The notes under the pieces: generated by a model
What the model saw: the letters and a program-made list of their open reading frames with translations, nothing else
The model's database searches: none
Told to the model about the DNA's origin: nothing
Made by a program: the position numbers and the translations under genes
Shown here: piece after piece, positions 33,917 to 36,360 of the stretch
Position numbering within the stretch: position 1 is the stretch's first letter
Layout: each line of letters starts with the position of its first letter
IMG/VR virus record: IMGVR_UViG_3300049137_000076
Location: 1-36,360 of that record
Strand: one strand, 5' to 3'
DNA from: a virus
Lineage: Duplodnaviria > Caudoviricetes
DNA length: 36,360 nt

Positions 33917-34433
33917 CCGGACCCGCATCCGCCCCGACGTGGCCGAGCTGCTGCGCGCCGGCCACTCGAACCTCGCCATAGCCAGACAGCTGAACGTGGA
34001 CGCCAAGGCAACCGTCGCCCCGGCCCGCGCCGCCCTCGGCCTGCCCAAGGCCAAGCCCGGCTACAAGGGCGCCGCGACGGCAGAAGACCTGTTCTGGCGC
34101 CGCGCGAAGCCCACGGACGACGGCCACATGGAGTGGACCGGCTTCACCAGCGCGGGCACCCCGTGCCTGCGCTACGGAGGCCGGAACCAGACCGCCTACA
34201 GGGTCGCCTACCGGATCGCCACCGGCCGCGAGCCGGAAGGGCAAGCGCTCCCGTCCTGCGGTCGCGAGCACTGCGTGAAGCCCGGCCACCACGAGGACCG
34301 CAACGACCGGGCCGAGCGGAGGAGCCGCGAGCGCGAGGAGCGCCGCAGGGCGCGCGCCGAAGCCGCGGCCGAGCGACGGCGGGAGAAGCGGGTCGACGCC
34401 CTCTACGCCGCGATCTTCCGGCCGGACGCATGA
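33909..34433 (+). CDS. HTH plus degenerate HNH/Zn-loop DNA-binding protein
   Basis: GHSNLAIARQLNVD; FWRR...WTG...AYRVAY...CGREHCVKPGH. Confidence 0.7.
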   Translation: MADRTRIRPDVAELLRAGHSNLAIARQLNVDAKATVAPARAALGLPKAKPGYKGAATAEDLFWRRAKPTDDGHMEWTGFTSAGTPCLRYGGRNQTAYRVAYRIATGREPEGQALPSCGREHCVKPGHHEDRNDRAERRSREREERRRARAEAAAERRREKRVDALYAAIFRPDA

Positions 34434-34630
34434 CCGGCCGGGCCCCGGAGCCGTGCGACATCCCCCGCAGCGACCACGACGGGGAGGTCCGCTTCTACGT
34501 CACCGGCTGGCGATGCGACCGCCACTCGCCGTGGGCCGCGAAGGGACTGCGACGGCCGGCACCGGGGCCCGGCGCCCTCTACACCTACCGCGCCGCAAGC
34601 GCGAACCACGAGAACGGACAGACCACATGA
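34430..34630 (+). CDS. Small hypothetical protein
   Basis: PCD...H...VRFYVTGWRCDRH; ATGA overlaps. Confidence 0.6.
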   Translation: MTGRAPEPCDIPRSDHDGEVRFYVTGWRCDRHSPWAAKGLRRPAPGPGALYTYRAASANHENGQTT

Positions 34631-35076
34631 GCAGCCGCCCGTACACCGACGACGACCTGCGCGCCGAAGCCACCCGCCAGTTGTCACTTCGCCGACAGCC
34701 GGGCTTCATCAGCCGCGGAATCGGCAACGAGATGAGGGACCAGCTGATCCCGTCCACCGTCACAGACCTGGAGCCCGAGACGGGCGAGCCTCTGGAGATG
34801 GGCCGGGCGTGGGGCCAACTCAGCGATGGTGACTTCGGCCGCGTTCTGCACAAGCTGGCGGCCCTCATGAACGGCGCGGCCGACGTGTCCGAGTGGGCCG
34901 TCCACCTCGGCGCCGACGGGCTGGAGCCCCTCGGCGAGCAGCTCACCGCGCACACCGAGGACGGGCCCTGGTTCCGCCTGCACTTCGCCGTCCGGCCCGA
35001 CATGCCCGACGAGATGCGGCGCGCCCTCGTCGAGGGTGTCGGCCACGAGATCGCCAAGCACTTCCCGCAGGGCTGA
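34627..35076 (+). CDS. Hypothetical protein
   Basis: MSSRPYTDDDLRAEA...AADVSEWAVHLGADGLEP. Confidence 0.75.
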   Translation: MSSRPYTDDDLRAEATRQLSLRRQPGFISRGIGNEMRDQLIPSTVTDLEPETGEPLEMGRAWGQLSDGDFGRVLHKLAALMNGAADVSEWAVHLGADGLEPLGEQLTAHTEDGPWFRLHFAVRPDMPDEMRRALVEGVGHEIAKHFPQG

Positions 35077-35149
35077 CCCGACTCCGCCCGGGGCGAAGAC
35101 TCCCGCCCCGGGCGGCAAACCACCACCCCAACAACCCGAAGGGACCGCC

Positions 35150-35422
35150 ATGACCAGCGGCTTCAACCCCGTCAAGACCCCCACCACCGACTACCCCCAC
35201 CCCGTCGGCACCGTCATGCGCGGCTCCATGGGGTCCCTGTCCACCGTCATCGACCGCGACGGGCACGCGTTCCTCGCCTGCTGCATCACGCACGAGGAAC
35301 AGGGCGTCGCCTCCGGCTACTACGTGCAGTCCGAGAACGGCCGCATCCTCGACCGCTCCGAGCCCGCCGGCATCGACAGCTACGAGTGCCCGAACACCCC
35401 GGGCGCCGGGCTCCGCTGCTGA
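35150..35422 (+). CDS. Hypothetical protein (90 aa)
   Basis: SD AAGGGA; high GC at third codon positions. Confidence 0.65.
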   Translation: MTSGFNPVKTPTTDYPHPVGTVMRGSMGSLSTVIDRDGHAFLACCITHEEQGVASGYYVQSENGRILDRSEPAGIDSYECPNTPGAGLRC

Positions 35423-35518
35423 CCGCCTGACCCGTTCCGGGGCGGTCACGCACCGGCCGCCCCGGGCCGACCGGATCTTGCCGGATCGGTTCACCACCCG
35501 CACTGAAAGAAGCCGCAC

Positions 35519-36360
35519 ATGCCCTGGTTCAAGATCGACGACGCGTCCCACAGCCACCCCAAGTTCATGGCTGCCGGGAACGCCGCGCTCGGTCTGTGGC
35601 TGCGCTGCGGGGCCTACTCCGCCCAGCACCTCACCGAAGGCATCGTGCCCGGCGCCATCGCCGCCCTGTACGGCACCGAGCCCCAAGCCCGGAAGCTCGT
35701 CAAGGTCGGCCTCTGGCACGCGGCCGGCCACGACTGCCCCCGGTGCGCGCAGCCGAACCCCGGCGACTTCGTCGTGCACGACTTCTTCGAGGGCGGCCGG
35801 AACACCACCCGAGCCCAGCACGAGGCGAACAAGAGGGGCGCCGCCGAGCGGGCCGCCAGGAGCCGCGCGAACCGAAAAGGCTCCGGAATCGCCGACGAAT
35901 CGTCCTCGGATCGGGACCGATTCGGAGACGAAAACTCGACGAATCGTCCGCGAAAAGACCCCCTGTTTTGGGAAGGCGTCGCAGGTCAGGAGGGGTTGTC
36001 ACACCGCACACCCTCCGAAGGGCGTGCGGATGCCCATGCCACGCCTAGCCAGGTACTTCCTACGGAAGTACCTCCCCCCTCACCCCCCGCAGACGACCCG
36101 CGCGGCACCGACGTGGTGCCCGCATCGGGACGAGGGGAGGTGCAGCCCCTCATCGAGGCGATGGAGGCGCGCGGCATGAGCGTCTCCTGGAGCTTCAGCG
36201 CCGCCGAGTGGATCGAGCTGCGCGACGCCGTCCGACGAGCCGGCGTACCCGCCCTCGTCGACCACGCCGCCCGCGCCTGGCAAGCCGCCAAAACCCAGCC
36301 CTACAGCGCCCGCTACTTCCTCCGCGGCTGGACCGGCGTCCAAGCCCCCACCACCTGGAC
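35519..36360 (+). CDS. Phage replication initiator (3' partial)
   Basis: MPWFKIDD..HSHPK...GLWLRCGAYSAQHLTEG...GLW...VHDF; frame open to the window end, so absent from the ORF track; internal iterons. Confidence 0.8.
   Translation, partial: MPWFKIDDASHSHPKFMAAGNAALGLWLRCGAYSAQHLTEGIVPGAIAALYGTEPQARKLVKVGLWHAAGHDCPRCAQPNPGDFVVHDFFEGGRNTTRAQHEANKRGAAERAARSRANRKGSGIADESSSDRDRFGDENSTNRPRKDPLFWEGVAGQEGLSHRTPSEGRADAHATPSQVLPTEVPPPSPPADDPRGTDVVPASGRGEVQPLIEAMEARGMSVSWSFSAAEWIELRDAVRRAGVPALVDHAARAWQAAKTQPYSARYFLRGWTGVQAPTTW
35883..36073. repeat. Putative replication origin: 11-bp-period iterons and an inverted repeat
   Basis: CGACGAATCGTCC at 35893 and 35937 with degenerate copies every 11 bp; AGGTACTTCC-TAC-GGAAGTACCT at 36051-36073. 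Confidence 0.6.

Larger units (their letters stand above)
1..36360. mobile_element. Temperate siphophage genome (Streptomyces-like host), excised/attP form, incomplete at both edges
   Basis: Complete head-tail-lysis module, integrase, repressor switch, recombination and replication genes; attP core has phage genes on both sides; very high GC. Confidence 0.95.

Noticed and set aside
35478-36179. 233-aa and 150-aa plus-strand ORFs at the right end
   Set aside because: Alternate frames of the replication initiator starting at 35519

Overview
The whole window is a high-GC temperate siphophage of actinobacterial type, most likely from Streptomyces. It appears to be in the excised or virion (attP) configuration rather than an integrated prophage. 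Gene order: end of the early region; a divergently regulated cluster of membrane/DNA-binding genes resembling plasmid spread/transfer (spd/tra) genes but with no ATPase (0.5-4.2 kb); packaging and head genes (PBSX-type terminase, A118/SPP1-like portal, minor capsid, scaffold, major capsid); neck and tail genes (tail chaperone with a -1 frameshift, 726-aa tape measure, 1128-aa tail-tip protein); lysis cassette; a GntR / three Cys-rich proteins / XRE accessory cassette; attP (3' half of tRNA-Ala-TGC); tyrosine integrase; repressor/cro/xis switch; early genes (YqaJ exonuclease, ERF annealase); and a replication initiator with internal iterons that runs off the right edge. The most notable signals are at DNA level: a YGAGACG repeat field inside the membrane-HTH gene of the spd-like cluster, triple TCCGAG repeats shared by attP and the early promoter, and an exact 16-mer shared by attP and the putative origin. 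All protein family calls come from motif recognition and gene order, not from database searches.
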